In this document: positions 24,001-27,000 of the stretch, in pieces
Layout: each line of letters opens with the position of its first letter
Position numbering within the stretch: position 1 is the stretch's first letter
IMG/VR virus record: IMGVR_UViG_3300030104_002385
Span: 1 to 64,000 of that record
Reading direction: 5' to 3' (one strand)
Length of the DNA stretch: 64,000 nucleotides
From: a virus
Made by a program: the position numbers and the translations under genes
Notes under the pieces: model-generated
Told to the model about the DNA's origin: nothing
Database searches by the model: none
The model's input: only the letters and a program-made list of their open reading frames with translations

Positions 24001-27000
24001 AGATCATGCATATCCTAGAACTGGATTTGATCGTGCAAGTGGTGGATGGTTCGCTGTTGCTGGTGCAGCAACTGATACTTTTGATATTAATGTCGGTGTA
24101 TCTTCAGATACATCCACTCATGTATTCAAATCTGCTACAACTAAAGGTCTTCGCAAACAAAGTGGTGTAATTACGGTTAATGTTGGTGCATCTCCAATTA
24201 AGGGATATGATGTTTCTAACGCTGTATTCACTCCTTCCACTGGTGTTTTAGTTCTAACCATTGGTGAGCATAGTCTTACATCTGGCACATCTCTCAAGAT
24301 TGCTAATAATTCACTCGTATTCCGTTGTGATGCTGATGGTCAAGCTTCTGATCACTCTTATCCTCGTGCAAATGGTCAAAGTGGTGCAACTGCTGATGAT
24401 CCAGCATATAATGATGCTGTAGAAATTGTTTCTGTAACTTCTAATACAGTTACACTTAACGTTGGTACATCTTCTAACACCACTACTCATGCATTCCAAA
24501 GCACTAATAATACTTACACTGCAAGTACTGCTGCTTATAATCCAACTACAGGTGTAATGACTATTACATCTAATGGTCATGGAATGATTAATGGTGAGCA
24601 TATCAAGATTGCTGATAATTCATTAACATTCACATGTGCTCAAGATAGTAATGCTACTAATCATTCATATCCACGCCCAACTGATCCTGTATCTAATAGA
24701 TGGTTAACAATTTCTAATGTACAAACTAATACATTTGATGTTCAGGTTCTAGATCAAGTTCCATCAACAAACTTAACTGCACATACATTCGTATCTGCTA
24801 CTGCAAATGGTATTACTAGAGCAGTATTGAGTACTGGTGGTGCTTATACTCATACATTTGTAACTGCTGCTTCAAATGCTGTTTCTTATACACCACAATC
24901 AACACATACTTTCGTAAGTGCAGATCCTGGTTCTATTAAGAAGATATCAACAACACATACATTTGTTTCTAGTATTACTAATTCCATTAAACTTCTTAAC
25001 CATAATACTGCTGATTGCACTGATGTTCAAACAAACATTGAGAACTTAATTAATATCTTAACTGATACACTCAATGCTGCTAATTTAGCAACTCCTGTAG
25101 ATCATCTAGGTGCTGTAACTAGGTCTAAACCAGACTATGAATTCCTTGGTGGTAAAGTAGGAACATACTATGAAGTTCCATTCCCAGTTTCTTATCATAA
25201 TAGTACAGATGATCAGATCTACGCTAATCAGATTGATCTTGATACACAGTATAGGTTCCGTGATGCTGCAAACTTAATACGTGTTAACCTCGGTCCTATT
25301 ATTGATAAGGCATCTGCTGATATGCTCAGTAGATATCCAGATCTTGCTTTGGATATGCCTAGAAATGCTAATGGTACATCTACTGATGGTACTCTCAGGT
25401 GTAAGACAGACTTGATACTTATTGCTGAAGAAATAATCAAAGATATTGAAGATGGTGGTAACCTCAACTCTGTTAATGTTGCTAAACAGTATCTCGGAAC
25501 AAATGATGTTCTCGTACATATTAGATTACAAGTATTCCAATCTGCATATGCTCATGAACGTCTAGGTTTCTATATGAAACAGGCAATCATTGGTAACTTA
25601 AGTGGTACAAATACAGATAAGATTATTGTTGGTGACTGGGATATCACTCAAGATCCTACTACAGGAACATTTACTCCTACTGGAGCAACTTATGATTATA
25701 CAACTGGTGATTTAGTTCTAACAATTGGATCTCATACTCTTGCAGTTGGTAGAATGATCCAACTTGCTGAGAACGGACTTACATTCTCATGTAACACAGG
25801 ATCTGGTGCTGTTAATAAAACATATCCTAGATCAATAGGTGCAAATACAGCAACTGGTGCAGACTATGCATACAATACCAATCTTGCAATTACTTCAAAA
25901 ACAGCAACAACAATTACTGTTAATGTAAATGGTGGTCAAGGTCCTATCAGTAATGCTAATACACATACATTTGTATCTGCCACAACTAATTCTGTCATAG
26001 TTCCTGGTGATTGTGCTAATGTTCAAGATGCAATTGATACTTTAGTTAATACAATTAATGATATTATTGCTCCTACAGAAGAAGCATTCGGTGTTGCTGC
26101 TGATAGACTTTACTTCAACAGAGATTACATTGCTGAAGAGATAACAAATAGAGTTACTGCAGAATTTACATATACTTTAAATGGTATAAACTATTCAGCA
26201 TTCACTTATCCTGGTGCTACTGGTGAAGCAACTTGCCGAAGAGATCTCAAACTAATCATTGTTAGTATGATATCTGATTTACAAACAGGTGGAAATAATA
26301 GTACAGTTGCTGCTATTGAAAAATATTTAACTTCTACATTATCAATCAGTTATGTTGAGAAAGAATTACTACCAACTCTATATGCTATAGAGCAGTTGAA
26401 AGAACTTGGTGATTATGCTATTAGAAATAGATTATTCAACGTTGGACATACAACAGTTGGTGATCAATATGCTGCACAGTTCACATCTCAATCTGCATTC
26501 CAAGATTCATTTAATCCACCAAATATCCTTCATGTTACAACAAGATTTAACGAACTTGTAGATTTTGCTCTTAATATTCTTGCTCCTAGCAGAAAAACTG
26601 GTAGAGGTGCTGCGAAGAATATTCTTTATAATAGAAACTATTATAAGCAAGAAATTACAAACCTTGTAAATTCTCAGTTTGGTTCTGGAACATGGACTTA
26701 TGATACATTCTTAGATGAAGTTGTTGACGATTTAGTTCATGACACTATCGTAACCAACACATTAGATAATCAGTTAGGTCGTTCAATTACAATTGAAAAT
26801 GTTATAGGTGTATTTGTTAAGGGTGAAACGGTTCGCTCTAATAATAATGGAACTGCTATAGTCCTTGAGTTTGTTGCTGATACAAACTTATTAATTGTAG
26901 GAACCTTCACTGGCAGTATGTGGAAAGGTGTAGATCTCATTGAAGGATCAGTTTCTGGTGCTGTTGCTGATATTAGCGTTGGTGGAGTTAGTGATGATTA

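Noticed and set aside
18884-26005. Repeat region as an assembly artefact, CRISPR array or intein series
   Set aside because: Copies are highly diverged at DNA level, the frame stays open and the segments balance exactly. There are no identical short repeats with spacers, and no intein N-terminal C/S plus C-terminal HN motifs.
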